Source of the DNA: Octopus vulgaris
Lineage: Eukaryota
DNA: 64,000 bases
NCBI GenBank assembly: GCA_951406725.2
Contig: OX597824.1
Coordinates: forward strand, 52,452,001 to 52,516,000
Direction: 5' to 3'
The notes under the pieces were generated by a model. That model worked only from the letters and a program-made list of their open reading frames with translations, had not been told where the DNA came from and made no database searches. Below, piece by piece: positions 15,719 through 29,453 of the stretch. A program made the translations under genes and the position numbers. The stretch's first letter is position 1; every line of letters begins with the position of its first letter.

Positions 15719-16027
15719 TATCAGATCACCTCATATGTTCCGTCCGATTTTACCTTTTTTAGACATTCTTGAATGTCTAATGGAATTAAAAATTAATTTT
15801 ATGTATTTGTGTACATTTAAACTAATTAAATATTATTTTACAGAATAATAGAATTAAAACTTCTTTGATTGAAACCCTTTCTAACATGGAAGTATCCAAA
15901 GAGCATTTGAGGTACATAATGCTTTATGAGTACAAAAAAGGAAACTCTGCAGCCGAAGCGACTCGAAACATACACTCAGTTTATGGGAAAGAATGCTTGA
16001 ATGAAAGAACTTGAGAAGATGGTTTTC
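15719..16027 (+). mobile_element. Mariner 5' fragment
   Basis: From 15886: MEVSKEHLRYIMLYEYKKGNSAAEATRNIHSVYGKECLNERT*..WF, homologous to the 7720..8013 ORF. Confidence 0.75.
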
Positions 16028-16029
16028 CA

Positions 16030-17597
16030 GTTGCCTTAAGAGGTTTTGAAGTTTCAATAGGCTATATCATTGAGTTGACAGTATTTGTCTCTATTATTCA
16101 ATATGACAATATCTGGCCGACAGTGTTCGATTACACGATCCGTCTGAAAATCATAGTCCCAAGGTATCGTTACTTTTCCCTCCTCCTGCATAACTTTACT
16201 TGCTAAATACTCATACCAGTTCTGCTACTTCACATAAGAGCCAGTGAAGATACACACTTTATCGTAGCATCACTTGTATTCTTTTTGTGCAAGGCTCTCA
16301 CATCCACTTACCAAGAGGGTCACATTTTCCACACTCTTTCCACAGTCTACATTTCTGGGTGTCAGATGTTTTATAGATGTTATACCTCACTGACTTGGTA
16401 GCGAGAACCTAGTCTTGTGCAGCAATGATCAGGCTTTCGGTGGTACCCTTCAAATCACCTCGCTCAAGCCTTGCCCACGATGCTGTATTATTCTTAACGT
16501 CATGTGTATTCCTTTCAAACTGTCCATGCATTCTCCTTTCAAGAAAGTCTTCTTTTCTCTTCTCCTCAACTCTTTGATTAAACTCTGCCTTCCCATCATT
16601 TAATTTGCATTTACACCCACATCTTTCGCGGCATATTGCAGCAGGTCTTCATTACTATTTATCAAATAGTCGGCAAGCATTCTCCTTTCACTCCTTATAC
16701 AATAGTCTATACTAATTAGTCCTCTTCCACCATTCTTTCTTTTCATATACAGTCTGTTTACGTTTGCTTTAGTGTGTAGCGCCCCATGCAGCGTTATCAA
16801 CTCCCTCATCCTTCTATCTAATGTTGATATTTCCTCCTTAGTCCATCTAAGGATGGACGCACTATATCTGACTACCGCAACTGCCTAGATATTCATTGCG
16901 GCAATCAAAAATTTTGGCATTCAGCTTGGATTTCAGCACCATCTTCACCCTTATTTGATACGCCTCGCTGACATTGACTTTCATTTCTCTACGTAGAATG
17001 TCATTCAGCTCCAAAATCTATATCTATACCAACTACCGTCGGGTTCACTCATGATTTCTCCTGATGGTAACCGCAATCATCTGCAGGATGCTTTCTTCCC
17101 TCTTTTCATATTAAGTACTGAGCATTTGGTAATCCCAAATTCCATACCGATGTCCATACCACATTTCTGGACGGTTTTGGTTAAGGAATCTATCTGTTTT
17201 TCAGATTTCCCAAAGAATTCCAGGTCATTCATAAACAGAAGATGGTTAAATGATGGACCTTTCTTCCTACATCGGTAACCCATTTTAACTTACCCAATTG
17301 TCATTGTTATGGATATTAGTGCAATTACAAATAGTAACGGAGGAAACGAGTCACCTTGGAAGACATCTCTTTTAATATTAATTTCTCCAAGGAATACATT
17401 ACTTGAATACAATTTGGTTTTTCACTCTTTCATGCTATGCATCAGAAAATTTGTGATATTGTCAGCAACACCAAACATTTGCAGACATTCAACGATCCAA
17501 GATTGAGGCATCATATCATATGCCTTCTTGAAGACAATGCAAGCCATAGACATATTTGTATATCTTTTACAATGCCTCAAAACTGTTTAATCGATGA
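16030..17597 (-). mobile_element. Degenerate R4/Dong LINE fragment (RT to RLE)
   Basis: VFQGDSFPPLLF, HLLFMNDL, RLYMKRKNGGRGLI and WDYDFQTDRVIEHCRPDIV in broken frames. Confidence 0.85.
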
Positions 17598-18830
17598 CTA
17601 GGTGATCCTTGGTACCAGGCGTTGGAGTTCTGTAAGACTCCAGTCAATGATGTTAAAACTGTATAGGGTTAATGGAAGTACCCAAGTGTTAATGGCTTCG
17701 ATGCTATTTTTGGAGTTGAGTTCAGTTTTTAGTCGTATTCTTCTGTAATATTCCTTCCGTATGTTTTCCTTCATAGTAGCATGCTGTATACCACCTCCTT
17801 CGTTTATCCTCAAGTATTTATAGCTTTCTTGTGGTACAAGTTTCTTGATGGTATTGTCGGTGTCTAAATTAATAGAAGCTGTTTGCTTGAGATTTCCTCG
17901 TACAAAAGTCATACCTTCTGAGCCGTTGGGCTTTCAGTTGTATTCGTTGTTTCACTAGTTCCCTGGTTGCAGGGAGGTTTATAAAATCTCTGATTTTATA
18001 TTTTTGCTTGATTTTTCTAGCTTGTTTCGTCTTAACATTTACTCCTCTAGCAGGTTCATCGAGAACTGATACGTCCGTCCGCAAAAATTGAATGTGTTTT
18101 TGTATTGCTTAGGTGTATTGACATGGTCAATACCTAATTGAGTAGTTACAACTTTAGCAGTGGAATAGATGAGGTTATTTAAGTTTGTTAGTTCATTTCT
18201 TTAGATCTGTCTAAGAGCAATGTACTATATTACGAATGTGTTGTTATCCTTTATACTGTTTGAGAGCTATGGTAGCGGTTCTCAATTGATCATGTCAGTA
18301 AACTCAATCTTGCTGAGTTCTCTCTTTTGTTTCTATGATTTCGTTATTATTAACATCAAATTCTGTCATATCTATTCTGGTGTTCTTGAGGTAGGTCTAC
18401 TATGTCCTCTTTTCCCGCATACCTATTCTTCATTATTCTTTCTTCAGCTTCCTCGTTGAACTGTACTGCTAGTACATTGGGTTCTTTGCATCTGTTACCT
18501 GTTTCATCTGCATTGTTGCTGTTTTCATTTGGTCTACCATGGGATATTTGTGTCCTAATTTTGCTAATTTCAATGTCAGTTAACCGTTTATTCTTAATGA
18601 TGTCTCTACGTACATTACTTAATTCACTTGCATCTATATATCTGCGTACTTCGTTGCCTACTAAGTTTCTACATGAAGTGTATGTTAGTACAATGAGGTT
18701 ATTGTTTGAGTTTAGTTGGGCTGTATAGAAAGCTCTCAACACATCTCTTTTCCCCATTGGGTAACGCGGTCCTTGTCCCGGGCGATGACCGATCCGGCAT
18801 GAGTTTTGGCTTGTCATTAAAACATTGACA
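17598..18830 (-). mobile_element. Second R4/Dong LINE remnant (N-terminal region joined to post-RT region by internal deletion)
   Basis: SNVRRDIIKNKRLTDIEI (N-terminal), LVKQRIQLKAQRLRRY, SYKYLRINEGGGIQH...KTELNSKN. Confidence 0.8.
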
Positions 18831-19485
18831 GTGACAATAGGAGATGGGTCTGTTTGTTCAAGGTAGACTTTTCGACATGATACCGTTTCCTTGTTCTTTG
18901 AATAGATATATTTATCATATCCTAGACTGATAGATCAAAAATTGACTCTATTTCTTTTTTTTTGGGGGGGGGGGCGCTATGTTTACGGGCGTAACTGTTT
19001 AGTGATGTTTTAAACTGAGTGACTAATTTGCTCCTTTTTATATTCGTTTGTGGGTTGTCGCTCTGTTTTTGTTTGGTACGGCGTCGCTCATGACAAGTGT
19101 TTTTCTTTTACTTTCTGTTTGCGTAGGTGTCTGTCATGTAGGCATTATTTATGTTGCTTGTAAATATTAGGGTGTGCACATGGATGCATGGACAGTTGTA
19201 TGTATAATGTGTTTTTCAGGGATCCTGGCGCTGGTTTCGACGTCTTGCTTACGTCACATTAAGATATCACGCATTTAAGAAAAAACTACACTGTATGTCA
19301 CAAAAATCTTTCTGATTTTTTAGTTCCTTTTCTTTAACAGGACTTTCCCCAAAGCTGTATCGCGAAGTTTTCATTCCATTGTACCGATGTTATTGGATTA
19401 AGTTTGTTTTATGGAGAGAGCTTCTTGGTGTACGTCCATGTTGTTATTTTGCCCGGAGCTATTCATTATTATTATTATTATTATT

Positions 19486-19865
19486 GAGTGAGAGAGCAGT
19501 TCATGCCATCAAAGTGACACTGGGGTAAAATATACGAAACCCAATATACCCATCATGACTACCCGTCTGATAAGGGTACACCAGGCACATGCATCACAAC
19601 CATATATGCGCGACATGGTGATCTCATATCAAGATAAACAGCACATGACCTTGCGGGTGGGGCCCAGTTAGAATTTTCTTCAGGTTGAGTAGCCCATCCC
19701 GCTCAAATGGTCTCTGAATAAGGGTTGTTTAAGGATGTTGAAAAAACCACCCATGTTTCCAGAGGTGAATTATTCAAACCCCAAAGAATCCCTCTCAACA
19801 CATGGCTATGATGCTCCCCCACTACTTCTGCTCGTGATCAGAGATGCACATATCGTCAGCCACAA
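19486..19865 (-). mobile_element. Non-coding retro-element 3' portion ending in a (TAA)n tail
   Basis: Abrupt compositional change; the minus-strand 3' end abuts (ATT)n at 19464-19485; no ORF. Confidence 0.45.
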
Positions 19866-20631
19866 GTTAAAGAAAGACTAATACCGACTGCAAAATAATA
19901 TAGTACAAGAAACTGTTTGTTTAGGGCATTATCTGCGACTGCCTTTGAACTTGTCACCTTAGGGTTTACTTGGCGCCTATTATCTACTACATTTGGATAA
20001 CTTCTCTCTCCACTGACTTTGAAGGAGGTAAAGGTTGGGGTTGTTCTCTTTTTTTTCTGTCGATCAACTATGAATCGATCAATTAGTACGATGGAACTAT
20101 GGAGCTAGACTTCTGCAATATTAAACGGAAATATATGTAAGCCTTCAATACATGTTTACATCCATTACTTGCAGCTGAGGTTGCGAAGTTCAATGATTTC
20201 TTATATATCTTCATACTTCCAAATGTCTTTATATTTATGACCTTATTCCACCATGTATTCTTTTCTTTGAATGCTTGGAAATACACTCAACTTAAAAATA
20301 CTTAAATGTTAGTATTCTGAATAGAAATATCACTTATGCATAATTTGTTGATTAATCAAGTCGTTGTTCATCTATTTATCCAATTGCCTGATACGTTAGA
20401 AGTTCGGTAACATATGTAATGTATTACACAATCTTATTGTATTATGCTACCGTCAAAATAAAAGCCCCCTAATGAAACAATTGTAATAATTATTTTTTGA
20501 TAGCCCATTCGTTTGTTATTTTATATGTGTGTGAGCGCGCGTGTGACTCACTCTCTCTTTCTCTTTGTTTCTCTCTCTTTCTTTCTCTCTCTCTCTCTTT
20601 ATATATATATACAGAGAGAGAGAGAGAGAGA

Positions 20632-22477
20632 TCTATTATATAAAAGTTAATGTCTGTGTGTTTGTCTGTTCGTGTGTTACTTATAGACTCGAAGACTACT
20701 GAACCGATCCTAATGAAATTTGGAATACAAAACCCAAGCCTAGGGAGAAGGGTAATGCAGTATGCTTCATACAATTTTGAGGGGGTATAAAGGGTGGGAA
20801 GGCAGAACATCCCGTGAAAATTCATATGCTTCGGAGTTTGATGAAATTTGAACCATAAGTATTAGAAATATATTAAAAAATATACCTAAAATTTCCATTT
20901 GTCTGGATGATTCTAAGACTTCCTAAAGGGGACTTAATCCTCAAAATTTAGTCATTTTTCATGGACCAAAATTACTGAATGTATCCTTATGATATTTGTA
21001 ACTAAAATTCAATGCATAAAGGCGGATATAATGTAGTATGTTTGGTTTGAATTTGAGGGAGCTTAAAGCGGCCAGAACCCCCCATGAAAATTCATGAATT
21101 TCTGATGTTGAAGAAATTTCAACCATGGGTAATTGACATAAATCAAGAAGTATTCCCAAAGTTTCCGCTTCTCATGAGGATTCTAAGACCCCCTAATGGG
21201 GGCCTTAACTACCAAATTTTAGTCATTTTTTATGATCTAAAACAAGGTCAAAAGTACTGAACGGAGCTTTATGAAATTTGGAAATAATATTCTATGCATA
21301 AGGGCGGATGTAATGCAGTATATGTTTTAAAGTGAGAGGGCATAACCCCCATGAAAATTCATATGTTATTGTTGTTGATGAAATTTTAACCATAAATATT
21401 AGACACAAATGAAGTGATATTCCTAAAATTTCAACTTCTTATGTTAGTCCCGCAAGTTAGTCATTTTTCCTAAGCTAAGTCGAATACAATTGTAGTCTTG
21501 GAAACTGTAGAGTCACCCGAGGAGAGAAGATCAACGTTATTTGTAATTCAATGGTGTAAAACTGTAAGAGTTCGCTTTGAGATATACTTAAATTGTGATT
21601 TCTGTAATATGGTGCATAAATTGTCAAGTAAAACTGATTCATTTGCAAGGTGTTATTTTGAGGAAAGTTATTTGGTTGCAGACCTCCTTTGAGTTATTTA
21701 TTATCACTGGGTCAGAGATAGTCTCTAGAAGGTAACATTGGTTTCAAGGCCTTTTCAGATAAGTGATTGGTCATTCAAAGAGATTTATAGATTGCAGCTA
21801 CGTATCAGCTTAGTGATCATTGGCAAACTCCAGAGGAGACACTTTCATTTCCCCTTAGCCCTCACGTCACACAGTTGTTAATGTTTATTTAAGTTGGGTC
21901 ACGCGCTTCCAATTGTTATAGATCCGTAATACATCTTACAGCTGTGTCAGTCAGCTATATGGTAAGGAATCCTACACTGGAGAGTGATAACAACTAGGGT
22001 AGGGTAACTGGATACTTATTGTGATCATTCGTCTTCTAGCTTTGCTCTCTTTACAAACCCAGTGAATATTCATATATTTCTGATTTCAGAGAAATTTGAA
22101 CAATATATCTGTTGTTAAAAGACTCAAGTTAAAAAAAAATTCCAACAACTCAGCTTCTGTGGTTGACTTTTAAGATTCCCTTAATAGGGGCCTTTTAGAG
22201 CCCCATGTGCTCCATTTTTCAGGGGCAAAAACCTTTGAATGGGTTTTATAGGATTTTGATTTTGGAATCTGGGCATAAAGATGAGTAGTATGGGATAAAT
22301 ATGTTATGATTAGAATTTCTGTTAGTGTGTGTAAAGAGGGAAATAACCCCCGTTAATATTCTTAATCTCCAATTATGATGAAATTCGGATCATAGGTATT
22401 CCAGTTCATTAGAGAAAATACAAAAGTCTAATTCTTCAATTACATGTGACACGGGCAATGCCGGGTATCTCTGCTAG
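20632..22477 (+). mobile_element. Non-autonomous Helitron with internal ~280-bp tandem repeats
   Basis: A|TCTATTATATAAAAG start, ...CGGGCAATGCCGGGTATCTCTGCTAG|T end; three diverged units at ~20697, ~20973 and ~21255 (ACTGAA..GA.CCT.ATGAAATTTG...CATGAAAATTCAT...TTAGTCATTTTT). Confidence 0.75.
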
Positions 22478-23095
22478 TGCACAGACACACACACACACAC
22501 ACACACACACATATCTATATATAATATACACAAGTAAAGGATCTCAACATGTATTGAAGGCTAACAGCAAGGGTCAAGTGCCATAGTTCCATTGTATCAA
22601 TCGATTGATCTATAGTTGATCGACTGAACACCAACCCTCAAACATTTAATCATATATGAAATTCACCATGGTTCCCAAACACATAATAATACATATACAT
22701 AAAATCACAGAAGGTAAAAGTATATAATCGAATAAAATACAAACAGAACGGCCTATCAAAAAGTTAAATATTAAATGGCTAAAAATTCAAAAACTTCCAA
22801 AAACCTAATCGACAAATATAAAATAAAGGTAAAAATAAATATGCACCAATTAAAATAGTTTTATCAGGTCATTAAAATATTTTTAAAAGTTTCAAACATT
22901 TTTTTTTTTTTAATATTTGAAAAAATATTTGAAAAAAATCTTTTACTTCCGTCATACAAATACACACAAAGTTCATAAGTATACAAACTTCCACAGGTCA
23001 AATCCATATACATCTTGAAAAAAGTATTTTACTCCCTCCACACAAGTACGTCCAAAAGTTCATAACGAGCAGACTTCGCAGGTCAAATTCAACAT

Positions 23096-26000
23096 TCACA
23101 TATATCTATGGCTATTGCACTTATCACTTTCTGCTGTGTTGTCTATTCTGTATTTTATGTAGTTTATTCTTAGTACTTGCTCTTGGGCAGCACAGATTAG
23201 AGCCTCCGTTTCCGGTCTTAAATCACTTTTATTCATCCATAGCCATCTTTTTTCTCCGTCTGTCTTATCTTCAACATCCTTACGAAATTGACTATGCATT
23301 CTTTTCTTTACCCACCTATTTTCAGTTTTATTCGTTTTCAATTGCTTGTACAGTGCTTTATCTTTGCAATATTTCATCCTACACAAGCCTGACCTTTTTA
23401 CTTCTAATAATAGCGGTTCTGTGGCATTTTTTACATACCATGCTATGTCTTCTTTTGCACTAATGTTGCGATTGCATCCAATAAATCCTCGTCCCCCTCT
23501 TTTTCTTGCTACATACAATCTGTCTGCGTCATTTTTTGGGTGGAGTGACCCATATCTAGTTAGCAACTTCCTTGTCTTTCTGTCTAAGCTGTTTAGTTCG
23601 TCTACTGTCCATGCGATTACTACAGCTCCATATCTAAGAATGAAACCGCCCAGGTGTTGATAGCTTCGATCTTCTTCCGTCCATTTAATTTCGACTTAAG
23701 GATCAGTCTCAATCTGCGCAAGTACTCCACCATAAATTTTCTGCTATTTCTTTCTCCTTCAATTTATCCATTTCCAAAATCCCCAAGTATTTATAGCCCG
23801 TCTCTTCTATCTGCTTCATAACCTCCCCCGACGGTATCGTTAGCCCGTCCATACATTTGATTTTGCTTCTCTTCAAGACTAACACACCACACTTTCTCAG
23901 TCCGAACTCCATTCTGATATTAGCACCGAAGGTATAAACCATATCAACGAGGGAACTGACTTGGGCTTCATCTTTACCATAAAGTTTAAGGTCATCCATG
24001 AATAACAAATGGTTGATTTTTGTTGGTGGCTTTTGCGTTCCTCAGAATTTTTGTTGGTGGCTTTTGCGTTCCTCAGAATCAGTGTTAGTGGTATCAAGCA
24101 CAGTACAAAGATCAGTGGGGACAGGCAGTCGCCTTGGAAGATATCCCTCCTAATTTCTACTGTCCCTAAACTTTGTCTGTATGCTGTCAGGTCCGTCCTC
24201 AAATTCACCATACTTTTTTCAAGCAATCGTTCGACATTCGATGCAATACCAAATACGTTCATACACTCCATAATCTAATCCAAGAATGTGGGATCATCGT
24301 ACGCCTTACGACAGTCGATCAATGACATGGCTAAGTTACTTTTCCTTCTCTTGCAGTCTCTAAGTATAGTTTTGTCTATCAGGAGTTGATCCTTGGTACC
24401 TCTGCACTTACGCTTGAAACCTACTGCTCATGTGGCAGGATTCCATTTTTTTCCAGATGTTCGTACATTGACTCTGCGAGTATTCCAGTGAATAACTACT
24501 TCCACATAAGTGGCAAACAGGATATCGGCCTGTAATTGTCTACCGTATTGCCCTTTCCGAAGTTTTTCATGGCACAGCATTGTCCTTCCCAGTGTCAACC
24601 ACTCTGGTGTTCCTTGGTCGGCATTTAACAAGGTGTTGATTTGTGCAGCTGTTCGTGCATAACATTCAGCAAATGTTTTGAACCAGTAGCCCTGAACTCC
24701 ATCTGGTCCTGGGGCCTTCCAGTTGATCATTTTTTGCTGATTTCCTTCACTTCCCTAACTGAAATGACTAATTCTGCCTGTTTTAGACAGACTACTACTT
24801 GTTTCACTTCTTGCAACCATTCAGAATCTTTCTTGTGCGCCTTCTCTTTGCTCCAGATGTCACTCCAAACCTTTGACTTTCAATGTCATCTGGTATCAAC
24901 TTTTCGTCTGTACACTCTCCATTTCTTTCTTTATAGAATCTCTTCAGATCTACTCTGAACAACCTATTCTGGTGATAACCCTTCATTCTTTGGTTGTATC
25001 TTATCAGCTTTGTTTTCTTTGCAACGAGGCGCTGTTTCAGTTCTTCTATTACCACTTTCAGGCCCTTTCGTTCAATATTATACTTCTTTTTCAGCGCCCT
25101 GTATTTTTGTTCGCTTTTAAGTTCCCCTTTCTCTTTTCGGTCTAACACAAAGATTTCCTTCGAGAGCATGTCTAACCCTGCCTGGATTCTTCTTTTCCAC
25201 CATGGATCTTTTCTTTTCCCACTCCCATTATGTTTCTTTTTCCTGACATCAACTACCACGTTTTCTGCTACAACAATACTTGCTGCCTTGATCAAATTAT
25301 TTGTTTCTGTGATATTGCTTGTTCTGATGTATTTCAGAATTTCATCGACATTTTTCGTTTCTTGGTTCAATTTCCATCTATCAACCTTTTTAAGGTTGCA
25401 AATAATGTCGCTATCGTTCTCTTGTATTCTTACCTTTACTCTGTCGTAGATTGCCTTTTGTTCATCTGTTATGTCAGCATTAGTTTTCTTGTCTTCTTTT
25501 AGATCATCTATATGTCTCTCATCAAGTAAACTACCACTGCTCTTTTCCTGTGCTATGAGACTACTCTTATTAGTAAGAACTGTATTTCCATTGCTATCTC
25601 TGCTGGTATTTTCCATGACCCATCTTTTGATAGCTTCAAGCTCCACTTCCGTGAAACAACAGTTTTTTTCTTATTGCTCTAGCTTCATCACATAGTCTCT
25701 GTTCCGTGTTTAATTTGATTTAATTCTTTTGGCTCAAAAAGCAAAAGCAAGGTCATGTAGGGAGACATGGAGTTATGTACAGGGAGGGTGTTCATACAAA
25801 GAGTTCAGGCCATTTCTGGTCAAGAGAGACTTTGAACCGAGCGGTCGTTGGCATCTTCACTATCTCGTCGGGCAGCTTATTCCACGGATCCGCAACCCGG
25901 ACGGAGAAAGCCCCTCTCCTTCGATTGAGATGAAATCGTCGTAGATTTCTGTCTAATGGTCATACATACGTTGTCGGTAACCCCTAAATTGAGCACCATT

Positions 26001-26320
26001 TTCATCTACCGGGCTGCTCAGAAAGTAACACTCCATGACCACAGCATTGATTTGCTTGCTCCATCTATGCTGTCTCTTTCTAGATATCGACAGGCTGGGG
26101 CCGCACCAGAGTCTCTGAGCCTACAGGGTGTAACACTGTCACCATCATTGGCTTCAGTTTCATCACCACCGTTATTCGCAATATTTTGTTTTTTCATTGT
26201 CACTCATATGAGGTAGCGATTATCAGGTTGCGCAATTACCAGTGTGTTTATTGTGACACCATCACTAGATGTATTATTAATCAGCCCATAAGGAGGAGGA
26301 TGCTCAACCCGTTTCCGGTC
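23096..26320 (-). mobile_element. R4/Dong LINE, 5' end apparently retained, 3'-deleted at the zinc knuckle, frameshifted
   Basis: ORFs 26018..26203, 24804..25646, 24428..24730 (WKAPGPDG), 23897..24271 (IFQGDCLSPL), 23709..24008 (LFMDDLKLY), 23096..23566 (RLYVARKRGGRG, AAQEQ). Confidence 0.9.
25710..25943 (-). mobile_element. CR1-group LINE 3' end inserted in the Dong element
   Basis: RRFHLNRRRGAFSVRVADPWNKLPDEIVKMPTTARFKVSLDQKWPELFV* (FS.RV..WN.LP motif) plus a short 3' UTR. Confidence 0.8.
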
Positions 26321-26341
26321 ATTATTATCATTATTATTATT

Positions 26342-29327
26342 CTATGTTTGACTTTTGCTTTACATTTGTACGAGTTGGCTCCAAGTCTCACCCAGAGACC
26401 TCAAGAGACAACAAGTTGGAAGGTCATGTTGATGTTATGCCTAGGATGCCATACATTTGGTTTTGTACTTAGTGTTGTGCTAGTGAATGCCTAAAAAACC
26501 ATACGAAAATTATGTTTGCTTTAAAACTTGAGATTACAAAGAAAGTATTTTGCATAGGATATGAGCACTATCTTTCGAATTACTGCCATTTGGGGGTTTC
26601 CTGGTATCTGAGTTAGGTAGCAATCAGCCCCTTTTACTATCATTCCCAGGGCACCTATGACAACAGGTATTGTTTTAGTCTTCAGGTTCCCCATTTTGCT
26701 GATTTCTGTTTCCAGATCTTTATATTTGCTCAGTTTCTGCTAGGTCTTGACAGATACGTTTATATTACAGTCATATCAATGAGGAGGCATGTTTTTCGTC
26801 TGAAGTATTTTAATATGATGTCTGGCCTATTCGCGTCTATCTTTCTGTCAGTTTGAATGGTGAAGTTCCAGAGGAGTGAGATGTGGTCATTTTCAAGCAC
26901 TGGAGGTGGTTTCTGTTCCCACCAGTTTTTATCATGGAGCTTCTGCAAATTACCAAGTGAATATATTGTGCAGCTCTATCATGCCTGTTAAGATACTCTG
27001 TAGGCGCAAGAAGACTGCACTTGGAGACAACATGATCAATGGTTCCATTTTGTTGTTGACAAACATGACATGTTGGGCTACTGCCGTTCTTTAATATATT
27101 TTGGCCTGGTAGTTCCTTGTAGGTAGGCATTAATCTTGAGCTGCTATGATAAACCCTTCTGTTTCAGATTTTAAGCCAGAGGCCATTAGCCATTGAGGGG
27201 TCAGGGCTTTGTCAACATCTGCATTATTCACTCTCTTTGGGTATTTGCCATTGAGAGGTTTTTTTCTTGCCATTTATCATTCAGAATATCTGAGGCAGCA
27301 GTTTTAGCATGGGTTTTCATGCGCTTAGCTTTTTCTGTGCTTGTTTCTTGTGTGTCTAATTCCGGAATTTGTTGTATTCGGAATTCACTTAGATATTCCT
27401 TTGCCTGTTTTGTTACTGAGTATGATGCTTTATTGTTTTTATGTTTTGAGACAAGTTTTAACATCTAGTCCTCAGAGTTTTTCAGGTTGGTATCTAGGCC
27501 AATTGTAGCAATCTTCATTGTTATTGCCAGTTGTAAAAGCCCACGTCCTCCTCTTTTCTTGGCAGATAAAGTCGATATATATCTGCCTTAGGGTGGTGCA
27601 TTCTATGCATTGTCAACAGTTTTCGTATTTTTCTGTCAAGATTACATATTTCAGTAATTGACCAGTTAACGATATTGAAACTGTAAGTCACGACTGGTAT
27701 GGCTAAAGCATTGATCGCTTCGATCCTGTTTTTTGCATTCAGCTCTGTCTTGAGTATTGCTCTTGCTCTGTGATAACATTCTCTCCTGATCCTTTCCTTC
27801 ATCACTGAATGCCTTATTCCATCCCCTTCAATTACCGCTAGGTACTTGTAGCTCTCCACTGGGTCTTACTCATTTATGACATTCTGCTGGTCGAAGTAAA
27901 CGTTAGATGTTTCCGTCATTTTCCCTTTGATAAAAGTAGCTTTTGCACATTTATCGAGACCAATTTGCATTCTGATGTCTTCGATGAATTGTTTAACAAT
28001 CGTTAGTAAGCTGTTGAGTTGTTGACCATTCTTTGCAAAGAGCTTTAAATCATCCGTGTAAATGAGATGATTTATATTTTTATCCAACATTTTATATCCG
28101 CACTATGCGTGATTGAGCAATTATGAGAGAGGTATTAAGGCTAAACAAAAGAAGAGTGGTGATAGTGAGTCGCCCTGGAAAATGCCACATGAAATTTTTA
28201 CATCACCAGCATTTAGAGATTCATCGTCACTGTTCAAAGTCAGTATGGTTCTCCATGATCTCATACTTACAGACAAAAAGTTTCGCAGAGTAGGCACTAT
28301 TTTGTACATTTCTAGGCATTTCTTTATCCAGCTATGTGGTAGGCTATCAAAAGCCTTTTTATAGTCTATCCAGGCTATTGACAAGTTTTTGTGTCGTTTG
28401 TGACAATCTTCTAAGTTCATCCTATTGATGAGTAGCTGATCTTCACAACCATAGGATCCACGTTTACATCTTTTCTGTTCATTAGGGAATATGCTGCTGT
28501 CTATTAAAAAACTATAGGTATATTCCATCAGGACAGATGTTAGCGTTTATACATAGTTGTTAAGCAGGTTATGGGTCAATAGCTTTTTGGTTCGTTTGTT
28601 TCTTCACTTTTTGGGAGCAAGAATGTTAAACTATTAGCTAGCCAGGCAGGCATCCTACTAGGGTGTTGCAAAGCATCATTGTAAAGTTCTGTTAGCAGTT
28701 CATGCCTCTCTGGGAAGGCATTCAACCAGAAGTTAAGAATTTTATCCTTTCCTGGAGACTTCCATTTGCTTGACCTCCTGAGAGCAGATCTTACATCTTC
28801 TACCTTGACACCCTCCCACTTTTGCTCCTCTAAGGAGTACAAGTCCGTAGCTATTCTATCAATCCAGGGGACCTTTTCGTTGTGTGTTTTTTCTTCTGCC
28901 CAAATTTTATTCCAAAATCCCTGCACTTCTTTTGATGATACAGACTTTACAGTAACTGGTGTTTTTCCTATCTTCCTGTAAAAATTTTGGGGGTTATTTT
29001 TTAACATGTTGTTGTCCTTGAAGAATCCAACACGCTTTTCATACCTCGCTATGCGGGCAGCTTTAGCAGATACTTTTTGTTTGATGGTTTCTATGGTGGC
29101 ATCAATATCAAGTATAGTTTTCATATATTTTTTCTTTAATTTGGGGGTTTTTGTAGGTTTGGTAGTCTTGTCAACCTTAAGGTTTTCCATACATTCAATG
29201 TCAGACCTGGGTAGTTTAATTTGATGTTGGATACGCTCTTGCCAAGAAGGCTTTTTGTGGGAACGTTGCCGTTTTCTAATCTTTTCACCACATAGGATCG
29301 TTGAGATTTTCGCGGATGCATAGTACG
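26342..29327 (-). mobile_element. 5'-truncated R4/Dong LINE (frameshifted) flanked by (TAA)n
   Basis: WKSPGKD, WIDYKKAFDS, GIFQGDSLSPL, YTDDLKLF, CHVC...HVVSKC, NRPDII; (ATT)n at 26321-26341 and 29328-29356. Confidence 0.92.
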
Positions 29328-29359
<32 letters not shown>

Positions 29360-29453
29360 TAGTTTTATTTTTATAGCGTGCTTTCACTTCACTACCGAGC
29401 GCAGCTCTGTGTGCCTTGGGTATGTGCTGTGATTTGTTGTGATGCTCTGATGG

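Noticed and set aside
20030-22645. Diverged ~55-bp inverted match between 20059-20112 and 22570-22624
   Set aside because: Too short and diverged, with no TSD or defined termini; treated as two copies of a dispersed repeat.
24017-24080. ~31-bp tandem duplication inside an RT region; also a 48-bp duplication at 38586-38681 and ~77-bp units at 22930-23095
   Set aside because: Ordinary local slippage duplications; no spacer structure, not CRISPR-like.
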